From Paraphysomonas bandaiensis (taxonomy: Eukaryota; Protista; Chrysophyceae): a stretch of 40,537 nucleotides of DNA. The position numbers were made by a program, and so were the translations under genes. The number at the start of each line of letters is the position of its first letter. The first letter of the stretch is position 1. The stretch covers positions 1-40,537 of the forward strand of contig CBFFRP010000340.1 in the NCBI GenBank assembly GCA_965644295.1, read 5' to 3'. The notes beneath the pieces were generated by a model. It had not been told where the DNA came from. It searched no databases and saw only the letters and a list, made by a program, of their open reading frames with translations. Positions 11,269 through 22,890 of the stretch are shown in pieces.

Positions 11269-13639
11269 CTAGAACGTACCACTGGTAGGATTAGGACTAG
11301 CAACAGGACTAGGTGGAGATAATTTGACAGAAGATACTATTGGATGCCCACCCGAAGACGCTGGTCGAATGTTATCCTCGTCGGCAATATAAAAGTGTCC
11401 ATCAGCTCCTTGCATCATACTGCACAAAAGTAATCAGATTAAACTAAGCGGATCAATGATACGTACGTTTCGCTGACTTCTGAGTTGGCATGAGAAAGCG
11501 CCGAACTGAGTTGGTTAATCGTCGGGCGAGCCCCTACAGTACTACTCTGACGAGTATTAAATCCTCCTCCTCTCGTTACCGCGCCGAGATGAGAGTACTC
11601 ATCACGTTGGCTACGATCCGGACTTGCGTTGCGGCTCCGTGGATCACCAACAGATATATCATCGTCGTTCATGGACTCCGACCGCCTGCTGTAATACATG
11701 GTTGGCATATCTGCAGATGCTTGCCTGCTGAGGCGGCCGCTTTGATTAGGGTGCTCTTTGGATTTATCTCTGTTTAAAGCTATGGCTCCGTTGGCAGGAG
11801 GGAATCCACCAGGCGGCACACCGCGATACTGCGATCCAGTAGATCCGTAAACAGATGAGTTGGAAGCTGGAGCAGTGCTGCTCTGTAAGGCTTTTGGTGG
11901 GGGTGGGTGGTGGGCCTGGGGATGATGAATGTGTGGATGGTGAAGAGAGTGAGCGGGTTGGGTGTGAGAATGAGCGCTATGTGTCGGAGCACCACCAGGT
12001 CTCCCACCCTCAGTAGGGGTACGGAAAACTCCAGGTGTGGATACTGGAAACCCAGACCCAGAGAGCCTTTCTCGTGCAGATGCCACAACTTGAGAAGCAC
12101 CTTGCTGAGCAATATCTTCATGTGGGAAGTGAGAGTCAGTAGTGCGATCGGTGCGAGAGGTAGGCTGCGCAGAAGTAGCCGTCTGTACACGAGTCGTATC
12201 GTCCACTACCACCGAAAACTTCTTTCCGCGCCGATTCTTAATTACTTGATTCACCATATCATCAAGATGATCCTTATCTACCTTTCCATCCAATAGCTCC
12301 AACACCTCGTCCTTCGAGAAGACATCTTCACTTTTCCCTGCATCACGGGTTTGAGACATAAGCTTTGCAATGCTAGCCTCCGCCTTGACAAGGGACTCCT
12401 GAATAGGCTGTATCTCAAGTCGGTCCGACTTGCTGGATGCCAGTTTTTTCATTTTTTCCTCTAGCTCAAGGGCAATATTCTTGAAGTTATCTTCATCCTC
12501 CGAACTTGCCTCTAAGGCATCCTGCAGGTACTGTACAATGTCTTCATATTTCTTCTGTACGATTAATTCCGCAACGTTGCGATCAATTTTGTCGATGAGA
12601 CCTGCCTGCAGGCCTTCTACAGCAACTGTCAGAGTATCGCAAGTTCGTCGAATAGCCTATAAGAAGCGTCAAAAGAGAAAGGTATTTGTACCGTACACAT
12701 ACACTAATGCCTTGATCTTCTTCCTTCTTGAGGTGATTCTTGATAGCAAGAACGTCTTTGTCCAGGGTCTGCACAGCAAATGCTACAGTTGCATCTGCCT
12801 TGGTACTGATAGCTTCGTGATTCTCTACTATCCGATTACCGTAATCTGCTAAAGTTTTTTCTGTTGAACTCATGTTAGAGTGACATGTTTTAAGTACATC
12901 AAGCAAGGCTTGGGGTCGTTTCGAGAAACCCGCTGTGCTTTCGACAGTGATTTGAGTGGACGATAGTATGAGGTTATCACCAAAGTGGTCGACAATGTGT
13001 TTCAATTCTTTTGTCTCGAAAGCTGTATCGTTAGCCTTTTTGTCGATCGTCTCTATACTTTCCTTCGTACGTTCTTCAAATTCATTAGTCTTTTGTTTGA
13101 ATATTTCGTAACCAGCCTTAAGGTCGTCAATGAAAACTTTTTGTTCCTATTAAAACTATGAGGCGAATGTCATTTCACAATAACGAAAAGCCGAACCTTA
13201 ATCAGATCTCTCAGGTCATCTATCTCAGATATCTTTGATCGCAAAGCCTCAATCTCTTCACGCATACCGGATGTCTCTTCTTGTAAATTCTTAATGTGCT
13301 TTCTGTTTTCCATAACACTATAGTTTAATTCCACCATCGCTTTCTTGTTTTCAGCCGCTTCTTTCTTTAATTCAACTGAAGTTTCTTTGACTTTATCCAC
13401 ATCCTGTTCATATGCACTTATCAACAATATCTAATCAATATATCTACTAACTGACCTTGCGGACTTCCATCAACAGCTGAGTGTGTTCTTTGAGGACGTA
13501 AATAATGCTCTGCAGCCATACGAATGAGTGTATAACTACATACATACATACATATACATACCTCACGAGACACTCGCGGCTGAACCAAAACAGTTTCACC
13601 CTTAAGGGCATCTATAATCGATCCAAAGTCGTATGACAT
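11269..13639 (-). CDS. Coiled-coil protein with a low-complexity tail; weakly DUF4795/QRICH2-like (about 6 exons)
   Basis: In-frame GT-AG joins give MSYDFGSIIDALKG...SIIYVLKEH...DVDKVKE...EQKVFIDD...AIRRTCD...MMQGADGHFY...SGTF*. Recurrent K(A/I/V)D motifs and a terminal GxDGHxY motif suggest the family; this label is tentative. Confidence 0.7.
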
Positions 13640-13892
13640 GGTCTGCAACTAGAGGTGTGCTTGTATGAATACAGCAGACAGATGAGCAGATGAGCAGCAG
13701 ATGTATTCCACTACACTATTAATGCACTTCAACGTAAAGTATGATATCACAATACTACAATAGAGTGTTAGAGGTGAACTAGTCAATGGGAACTAGAGCT
13801 GACGGTTAATATGCATGGATTCATGCATTGAGCGATCAGTGTGTGTGTGCCTGTGTGTGTATGTATGTACTCATAGCCAACCTACCCTACTG

Positions 13893-14070
13893 CCGTTTCA
13901 TGTTTCATTTAAACGGGGAGATTGATATCCGTGTGCTATAATGAACGGGTTGATGAGTATCCGTATGTCATAATGAACGGGTAGTTTGATTCCCGTGTGC
14001 TATTATGAACGGGTAGGTGGATAGCCGGATGCCATAATGAACGGGTAGTGCATATCTATATCCGTGTATG
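13893..14070. repeat. Degenerate 32-bp-period tandem array with internal inverted motifs
   Basis: aacggg at 13912, 13944, 13976, 14008 and 14040; ccg at 13929, 13961, 13993 and 14025. Confidence 0.9.
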
Positions 14071-14743
14071 CCAGCAGCTAAACCATGAAAAAGGACATGA
14101 TTCGTTTAAGTCCATGTATGCACAATGAACATCGAGATATTGATAAAATGTTAGTCTAGGTATAGTGTTCTGACCCTATCAGTAATCTCTTGCAAAAGCA
14201 ACAATGAATACACTGTACGAGGCTTATGATGGATGCTCTAGTCGCCAATGAGATGGACTAAGGGTACTTCATTAGGAGGCTGGTTCGGTATATAGTAAAC
14301 TAGATTTTAGACTTCAGGAAGTTGGCGTGCAGGAGAATATACTGGAATTTGAAATGCGTGTGACTAAGAACTACATAAGATCATTGATTGGCAAAGTATT
14401 AGTATATAATCACAAAAGAACAGAGATGTGTCAGATTTGAGTACTTGTATGCAATATATAAATACAAGTAAAGAAAGCACCTCCTGTAATCGGCATCAGA
14501 AGCAATAGTGACTACGTTGCGTATATTAATTAAAGATTAAAGAATATATATTGATATACTGTAGTCAGACTCTGACTGTCAGAGAAGCTGTAATAACACT
14601 AACTCAACGAATTTAACTGTTATTAGATTGCGGGATACTCAGCGAGATGCCTATTCGGACATTATCGAATACATTTTTCTCAACGGCACAGACTGATGGA
14701 TAGATAAAAAACAACATGCCTTATTCCTTATTGTTACTTAATA

Positions 14744-16017
14744 TTACCAAAACAGGACATTTTTTGCCACAGCAGCTTTATGTATACTGTACACAAGTTT
14801 TGGGTGTTTGAGTTGTTGCGCTACTCTATTTAGACAACTATCTCTACTAAGGTATGGAGATTTAGAACCACCACCGTCGATTCGAAACTGTGAGGATGCA
14901 AATTCTCTACTATAATCTGTAGTACTATCCACGCTAACCGGCACATCGACCCAAATTGGTGGCGTAGCGCCCGTAAAGGCTGCCCACATTGGAAGGGCCA
15001 CTGGAAAACATTCCGGATGAATGTCTACAAAAGAACGTAGTGCTGTAGACTCAGGAGAGTCTCCCACGTACCCCTGGAGATGGAGGTGAAATATAGTACA
15101 CGAAATACAGAATGTTTCCAAACACACCTGCCATACGCTCTTCTGCATTACGACACCACCAGCAGTCAACAGTGAGTAACAGCGATGCCACCACACATGT
15201 ATCCACCCATGATAAAGAATCTCAGTCCCATCATTACCGGAAGATGAACTAGAAAAGCCAAATAAATTCAAAGAAAAAATACTACTAGATAAAAGGGTCC
15301 ATACTAAAATTACATGTTGTAGTTGAGAGCATGCGCACAGATACGAACCTCCTATAAGAATGTATCCGGGGAAAATACCCAACAAGTGAAGTCTGCGATG
15401 AACGCCAGACATTTAAAGTAAATTTCAAGTCCGCACAACTAACAAAAACGCCGGTATCCAATAACATCAAACCTGTAATACATTAGACCGCCACACACAC
15501 AGTGATACAGTATATACTTTCAGTTTGTGTCCAATACGACATAAGTGAGGTCTTCTCATCAAAAAATGTGACATGCGAATGTGTATGTTGGTACTGGAAT
15601 GATATGTCCCTGAGTGTTTTGTCCTCTCCCCTCGTTACAATGACTATGTCGTGTACGCATGGGCAAAGCGAATAGTGTTCAACAAACTTCTTAACACTAC
15701 TTTTATCTCCAGGAAAACTAACCCTATATGCAACACATCAGAGAACACTCAATTCATGTGATAAGACCTAACCATATTGTTAGCTTCTCGTCGATTCCTA
15801 ACTCGCGTAGACTGTCCCCATCATAGTACTCATCCAGTATGTATGTTGTATACAAATGTCCATAAATACCGACCAAGAAAGCACACAGAGCAACAAAAAT
15901 ACATATAGACCAGGCTGGCGGTAGGTATGCCGCATATTTCCGCAATTGAGATTTAAAATCACTCGATATGTCAGTATGCTTCACGCTCACCGGTAGAGTC
16001 TCTTTACTATTGCCCAT
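14744..16017 (-). CDS. Type II membrane glycosyltransferase family 64 (EXTL2/exostosin C-terminal-like), catalytic motifs degenerate; about 5 exons
   Basis: An N-terminal TM is followed by VEHYSLCPCVHDIVIV, SLMLLDTGVFVSCADLKFTLNVWR..LVGYFPRIH, WIHVWWHRCYSLLT, FVDIHPECFPVAL..PPIWV and RDSCLN. Order and spacing match GT64. Confidence 0.75.
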
Positions 16018-16242
16018 ACTGTGATATATGTTGGTAATATCCCCACAATGCGAGCTACAGTATCTCTTGAACTGCAGACATATACAGTCGTTGATATCTG
16101 AGCTGAGATAACGATATATATGGTGGATAATGAGGAGGGAAGTCGTGGAGTGTCATGTATAGGTATATATATATGTATGTACTGTGGCATTGTGACGGCT
16201 GCTGTGTGTATGTATGTACTACTGTGAATGGGTACATACGTA

Positions 16243-16383
16243 TATGTACTGCTGTAGGTGTATGTACTGCTGCATGTATATGTACTGCTGTAGGTGTATG
16301 TACTGCTGTATGTATATGTACTGCTGCATGTATAGGTACTGCTGTAGGTGTATGTACTGCTGTAGGTGTATGTACTGCTGTAC
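16243..16383. repeat. 18-bp minisatellite (tatgtactgctgtaggtg variants) inside TA/CA-rich DNA
   Basis: About 8 tandem units are visible; they generate the spurious overlapping ORFs at 15987-16715. Confidence 0.9.
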
Positions 16384-16686
16384 CACGACAAGCATCCCTC
16401 TGACTGTGACCGTTGATGTTTTTTTGTCCTTTCCACTTGTATACACACACATACATACACATGCATACACATATGATCCCACTGCTGTATACTCTACGAC
16501 AAGATCCATACATAAACATTCAGCGATCAAACTCCAACAGCCATATTCATATACATATACATATACAGCATACAGCAGCATACAGCAACAGGCAGTTCAT
16601 ACATGCATCACTTAAACCCACCAACTATACATATATATCTAGTTATTGTAGTAGTAAGTATATTATAATAGAAAGTTTATTGAGTT

Positions 16687-18020
16687 ATGTCGCAACTCTT
16701 CCGTGTGCTCTATGATTTTGATGCTGAGGAGGAGGGCGAGATGACAGTGTCTGCAGGAGATGTAGTCAAAGTCGTGCCACTGGTTATACATATATATATA
16801 ACTGATATGCGACATGTGACTGTATATTATTAATTAGGATGATGAATCTGATGAGTGGAATGACCCGAGAAATGGATGGGTGTTCGTTCAAGCGACCCGG
16901 ACGGGCAACACAGGATATGTACCTATAGACTATCTCGAGCCTGCACAACCATCAGCAAAGAAGAAGCCGTCGAGTGTATCTAGCAGTCCAAGCCAGTCAT
17001 CTGTAGGTCATGGGGTTTCATCAGCATCGAAAGCACCCCCTCAACCTCCACTGGAATCTCCATCACCTGAAGGACAGGGTATGCGAATGTCCCTGGCCTC
17101 ACTTCTTGACCGTGGGAGTGATCAACAGAGACGTAATGAAAGCCCGGGTGATGCTCACACGGAGCAAAAGTCACAATCTCCTGGTGGGCAAAACACGCCC
17201 TATAACAAGACACCAGGTGGAAGATCCGGAGACCTCAGTTTTTTGTCCAACACCCCGGCTGCAGAGAAGAAAATTGCCGCAGGTTAATGTTAAACAACTA
17301 ACCCTGTGATCAGTTATTGATATATTTATCTAGATTCGCTTCCATTTGGTTTAGGAGAGAGTCCGGGATATGGGCAGCATAGTTCTTTTTCAGGTACAAA
17401 GTCTGCTGGCGCTGCTAGCAAGCTTGGCGGTCCTAGTAAACTTCTCAAAGCCTCGAAGTCAGTGCAAAATATGGTCCGCGCGACTAACACTATGGCTGCG
17501 TCCCGAGTACCCTCCCTCTCCACCGCAGCTGAGAGAGAAGACTTCGAAGAGCTCATTAAACGGAACGATGAGTATTTTACCAGATTGCTTGCTAGTCAGG
17601 TACTTTGCGTAGCATTGACACGTACCTTTCTTGTGTTTTTGATGTTTACATATGACAGGCTGAGACATTCGATTCACTGACGGATATGGTGGATGCATTA
17701 ACAAAAAAACTCAACGACTCGACCAAGGTAGTGTCTATGCTAATGTAGATTAGTTTTGCTGGTATTTTGAGCTGACTTATAATACGTATGCTTCTTCTAT
17801 CTTTGTAATATTTGGAATACAGAGCTCCAATGACCTCGTGTCTAAGCTGTCTGAATTAGACGAGTTAATAGATGAAGAAAAACGAAAATGGAAGCAGCAG
17901 GTAATATGCCTACTTTTTTCCTGCTTTTTTGAATTTTTTGTGTCCTAGAATGAAGCGGAGAAGAATGCTGATATCATTGGTCGGTCCAAAGATCTCATCA
18001 GGGGAGAAGATGAAGAGTGA
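16687..18020 (+). CDS. SH3-domain protein with a C-terminal coiled coil (about 6 exons)
   Basis: MSQLFRVLYDFDAEEEGEMTVSAGDVVKV|..NGWVFVQATRTGNTGYVPIDYLE carries the SH3 ALYDF, W and GYVPxxY motifs. Later exons EDFEELIKRNDEYF... and LSELDELIDEEKRKWKQQ... join through GT-AG introns. Confidence 0.88.
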
Positions 18021-18868
18021 ATGGGAATACATACTGTGTGTGTATGATGTGAAACGAAGCTTCATAGTATGTATAAAGATTTCATGTAGTGAAACTAGTC
18101 TGGGTCATATATTAGTGTGTAGATTTTGACTCTTTTTGATTGAAAGTATGGAAGGGATATTATTAATTAGTCATGCGAATATTTTATGTTGAACGGTTAG
18201 TAATGACCTCCGTAAGTAAGCACACACGATAGTATGCATGAGAAAATTTAGTGGTGCACGAAGGTTGTAGGTATTCTAACTTCTTAACGTTTTACAACCG
18301 AATTGATAGCATCACGTTCAAGCATGTAGTAAATCCATTCCAAACGTTTTTCGTTTCGTATACTAGTTCAACACATACATCTACATTGTACACTCTTCCC
18401 GGTCTCCTACTATTTCTTTACAAAGATATAATTCTAACCACTAGAAAACGGTGTGAAATGAATTGCACATCCTAAATTTTAAATGTCGCCAAAGTTGAAG
18501 CCCGAAAGTGCCACATGGGATAAATGTGAGTTTTTAAGTTTAGTGAAATCAAGTATATCTATGTAAATTGAATTACAAAACCTACATTTCAAACGCCAGA
18601 TGAGTTTTGATATTGTTAAAATGCTATGATAATCACTTTTTATAGTCAACTAACGAAGCAATGAATTAAGCCGATTTAGAACACGTTTTTCAGGCAGAGC
18701 AAGATGTGCTTGAAAAGCACACACGGTGAAAGCCCTGTTTATAGAGGGCGTAATAGCGGAATGCTAGACGAAAAGTAGGTAAATTGAAAAAACATTTGCG
18801 TCGTCGTTGTGAGTGTGTTCATGAAATTTCCTATGTTAATCTCAATCAATATTCACCTCGCCATATTA

Positions 18869-19782
18869 TTGAAAATCTGATTATTAAGAAGCGCAAGCTT
18901 GTGCGTTGCCGCGACCAACCTAACAACTCGCGCGACACGGTCTCACTGGTGCAATTTTGCACACTGACGCATGAAACAGACATCTACCAAAATCTGTTAC
19001 AAATTCAAGCTGACTCCAATGTCTTCCCTCCATTGTGTGCACTCATCCAGCACATGCATCCACCTTGCACTCTTCTCCCGAGTGACTTACACTAGTAGGA
19101 AACCGTGCACCTTCCCCGCTCGGATGAAAACCTACTAAGCAAGAATAACATAAAAGCACCACAAATGTACCTGACACTGCTTGGAGAACAGTGCCAGAGC
19201 CTTGATATAATCTCAATGACCTGGGTCAGGAGAAACCAAGACTAGGCAGTAGACGTGTGAGAAGACATGAAAGGTCTAATCACATCATTGCCATTGCCAT
19301 GCATCCATGAGGAAAGTTTGACGCATTACCTCGGTCATTGGCCGGCCACACAGATATCGAATAATGTGAACTCATACTCAGCATCAATCACTCAAAGCAA
19401 ACGCAGGGAGCAAGCAGAATGTTGATATATACCTGACATCTGCTGACTTCAGGTTTTTTGAGTTCTTAAGGTGAACATCCCGGATGCTTAACTTCAGCAG
19501 GCAGCCCAATACCCCGGTTACCCTTCTGGTGGGCCCTGTCCCGGATGCCCTTGAGGTGGGCCCATTCCCGGATGCCTGTTTATTCGTCAGGGCCCAAAGA
19601 CGTCTACACAAGTGACACTTATTAGTGTCCCTTGTACCACACAAGCATTTGGCTATGAGTGGGCAGAACAATATATCTGCTGACTATATAATATGCGGCT
19701 CACGTTAGTTTCCCGGAGAAATATCTCCGGTACTTATCCCCCAGAACACCACGAAAAGGTGCGAGTCCGACTTTGTTGAGGG
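18869..19782 (-). mobile_element. Degenerate non-LTR retroelement fragment (copy D) with a 16-bp target-site duplication
   Basis: The exact direct repeat tcacctcgccatatta lies at 18853-18868 and 19783-19798. The motif gcttgtgcgttgccgc (18897-18912) is shared with copies A and B, and tctgattatta is shared with the end of A. A possible decayed CCHC-type remnant lies near 19340-19415. Confidence 0.6.
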
Positions 19783-20934
19783 TCACCTCGCCATATTAAG
19801 TTGGTGAAAGAATGCATGCACTACTAGCTTTGTACCAGAACTTTTTCAACTGGCGATAGTGTGATGAAAGAAGACCATCCTTACGTAGGATAAAAATATG
19901 GTGACTAGCATATATATCATCATAACCTAATATCATAACATAGATAGCATAACATAACACAACAAATGCTGTGCCACTTCTTGGAAAAGATTAACACCCC
20001 TACATATTCACTACCTAACAGTATACACAACTATATTAACCGAAGGAGAAAGTCACCAGTATTGTAATGATACAGGAATGCGCTGAAGGCATTCTTGGTG
20101 TCATCTTGATTTTAAGAGAGGTAATTAACTTCAAAGTTTAAATGAAATAGGTCAACTTTTTCAAGAAATGATGAGTGCTATTCTGACCACACTGCGGAGT
20201 GAGGGCTGAGAGTGTCATAGGGATTTGGAAGGGGGATATATATGATGCTAATGATATCATCGGCGATGAAAAATGGAAAAGGGTTTTACACAATAAAATT
20301 TATATTGTGATAGACATTACTAATCATTCATTGTAGTTCACTATATCTCTATCATCGTCACCGCTATCACCAGTGCATATGTAAGCTTAGTAATAGCAAG
20401 AAGACTAGAGCGTAAAGTGATGCACACATTAATGTAGAAAAGTGAATAATTATGCAGAACATAACTATCATCATAATAATAATACAGAATAGTTAGAATA
20501 GTTCATGACAATCGTTATGAACATTATATTTCATATATACTATCTTATATGAAGATAAATCCTAAATATAAGAATATCTGAAAAAGATGAATCCTAATCC
20601 AACCTAATATTATCACAGCCATCGTAATTACTCACGATATTACATATAGTCAATTAGTTCATTAATACATATAATACTGTTTTCAACTGCAGTATTCTTC
20701 AATAATTCAAATACACTGAAAAACAACATTTAATAGCATATCAATTAGCTAAACTCAACTAATTTCTCGTACACAAAGCAAGTTGCAAGATTACATAGCA
20801 CATGTCCAACTGACATGTGTTAATACTTGTAAAAGTAGTAAGCACAACCACCTCTTCAATAATTTTCCAACAAAACACTTCACGAAAATGTTTCAAAACG
20901 ATGGTGACCACATAGCTACGATGTAGTCGATATC

Positions 20935-22486
20935 TTATCTCATGATAGGGTGTATGAAGCCGCCAAAAATAGTGTTCGCAAAGCTACGCATAGCTGGCGT
21001 AAAGTCGACAAGCGACTGTGGCGACATGAGGTACCATATCCTGTGAAGATTGTAGTACATATGACCCAGAAAGTGCGAAAACGCAAATGGTGACGCAATA
21101 ATATCATTGACAACCAGAAAAGATCCCACATCCATTGGAACTACAGTATAGGCCCCTAAAATATAGCGAACTTAGACGACAGAAAACATACATATAGTGT
21201 TGCACATACTAAAGTGACAGTCGCAGGTAGGTTTACTCATTAGCCGCAGCAAACACAAGTAAATAATGACTTTCTACAACAGCGATTCTAAACATTTACT
21301 CACCATGGTCATGTACAATGGTCGCCTCAATGACTTTGTCTCGGCCCTTCAGAGTGGACAGGCAGAATTCTGTGTCTTTCATATTCATAATATCCTCGGC
21401 TCGGTGAGCAGGACAATTAAATGTACAGGGGGAACCACATTCACCCCCTGAAACAAGGTGGTCTCGGGTAACCTTTATCTGCAGTCCCGAAGATGTGGTC
21501 AGACGAATAAATTCCGATGGAACAAAATTCTTTTCATGTGGCACGAATAGAACCTCAGAGAAACGAATCTCTCCAGCAGCAGTCACAACTTTAACACGAT
21601 CTCCTGCACTAATGTCCTGGATAGGAACCCTTTCCCCTGTCTCAATTTCAACGAGCTCGGTACCCGCAAAGCAATCGACTTGATAGCAGCGATTGTAGTA
21701 CTCATATGACGGATTTGGGCGACAAGTCAAACTGTTTGGTGAGCAAAGTATAAATGGGCTAAAATTAATTGGATCGAATCCATACATCTCAGCTTTAGGA
21801 GTGTCACATCTGTAAAAAAAACGAAGTATACCATCTGTTCCTCTCATAGAATCAAATAGAATATTAGGTCCATTCTCACAAGACAGAGTTGATTTGTTCG
21901 AAACTACCAATGAGGAACAAGGATCGCAAAGTGTGTTGATTGGAGGGGTAGGAGGAGAAGTAAAAGGATTGGGAAAAGCAGATATTGAACATCTAAGTTG
22001 ACTAGTCTGATTCTTCCAATAATGAGTAATTATATTCTCCTGACTCACTGAGAATGCCTGTGTTCCAACGCTGAATTTATTCATCTCAGGAGATGTTGAA
22101 GTCAAAAAGCAATCACAATCTTCACACGATACCACTGCATCAAATGAACCATAACGTGAAGTCGTAACTTCTACCTGAGCGATATCAACACTCTGTAAAG
22201 CCTTGACGATAACAGTAACAGACAATGAGCTCTGATGAGTGGCTGCTGTGATCACTGAAACGACACTGGAGGATTGAAACAATTCATCAGCCTGATATTC
22301 AATTGATTGAAGCTTTCCTTCAGGTAGATCAAGGATACTGTGGGCTATGTCGCATGATATGGGCAGGTGGATGTTACCGTATTTATCAGTTGATAGGAGT
22401 GAGAATGCTGCTTTCGGGATGCGGATAGTCGCATGAATAACACAGAGATCAATGAATAAGAGAATTATTGAAAGAATTCTTATCAT
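20935..22486 (-). CDS. Secreted protein with an unknown Cys-rich N-domain and a C-terminal Hedgehog-type Hint/Hog autoprocessing domain (2 exons)
   Basis: Signal peptide MIRILSIILLFIDLCVIHA. Hint block A CFAGTELVEIETGERVPIQDISAGDRV (Cys1 codon at 21673-21671) and block B VTRDHLV. After intron 21156-21303 the protein continues GAYTVVPMDVGSFLVVNDIIASPFAFSHFLGHMYYNLHR. Confidence 0.92.
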
Positions 22487-22890
22487 TGTTATGATAATAG
22501 AGAAGAATGAGGAGATAGTGTCTATGTATGTATGTATATATGTGTCTATGTATGTATGTATAGATATGTATGTGTGTTGATGTTGGGAGATATGAAGTAT
22601 GAAGTATGGTGAGAAGGGTGTATATCTGATGCATATATACATCACTATACTGAGGGTGAATGGGAATAGATACGTCACTGTGGGCATAAAGTGGACTTCA
22701 CTTCCCCATACGACCCTCTGTATATATACAGTCGTAGTGGTATCTCGAGGTGTATGTACAGTAGATTCCATATGTAAGTGTCCACACATAGAGAGATATC
22801 CACACTAGATACTCTACTCATCACAGTCTCTCTCTGTATATACAGGCATATCAATACAAACATCAGTGTGAATATCACTCAATGTTTAAA

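Noticed and set aside
13893-14070. CRISPR array
   Set aside because: Eukaryotic context, spacers of only about 10 nt that resemble one another, degenerate repeats and no cas genes.
15987-16715. Cluster of overlapping ORFs (YSSTYT, MYCC, QQYI repeats)
   Set aside because: Translations of an 18-bp minisatellite and TA/CA microsatellites.
22487-22789. N-terminal 101 aa of the 497-aa ORF
   Set aside because: Non-ATG start, runs through a microsatellite, and a good signal peptide begins at ATG 22486.
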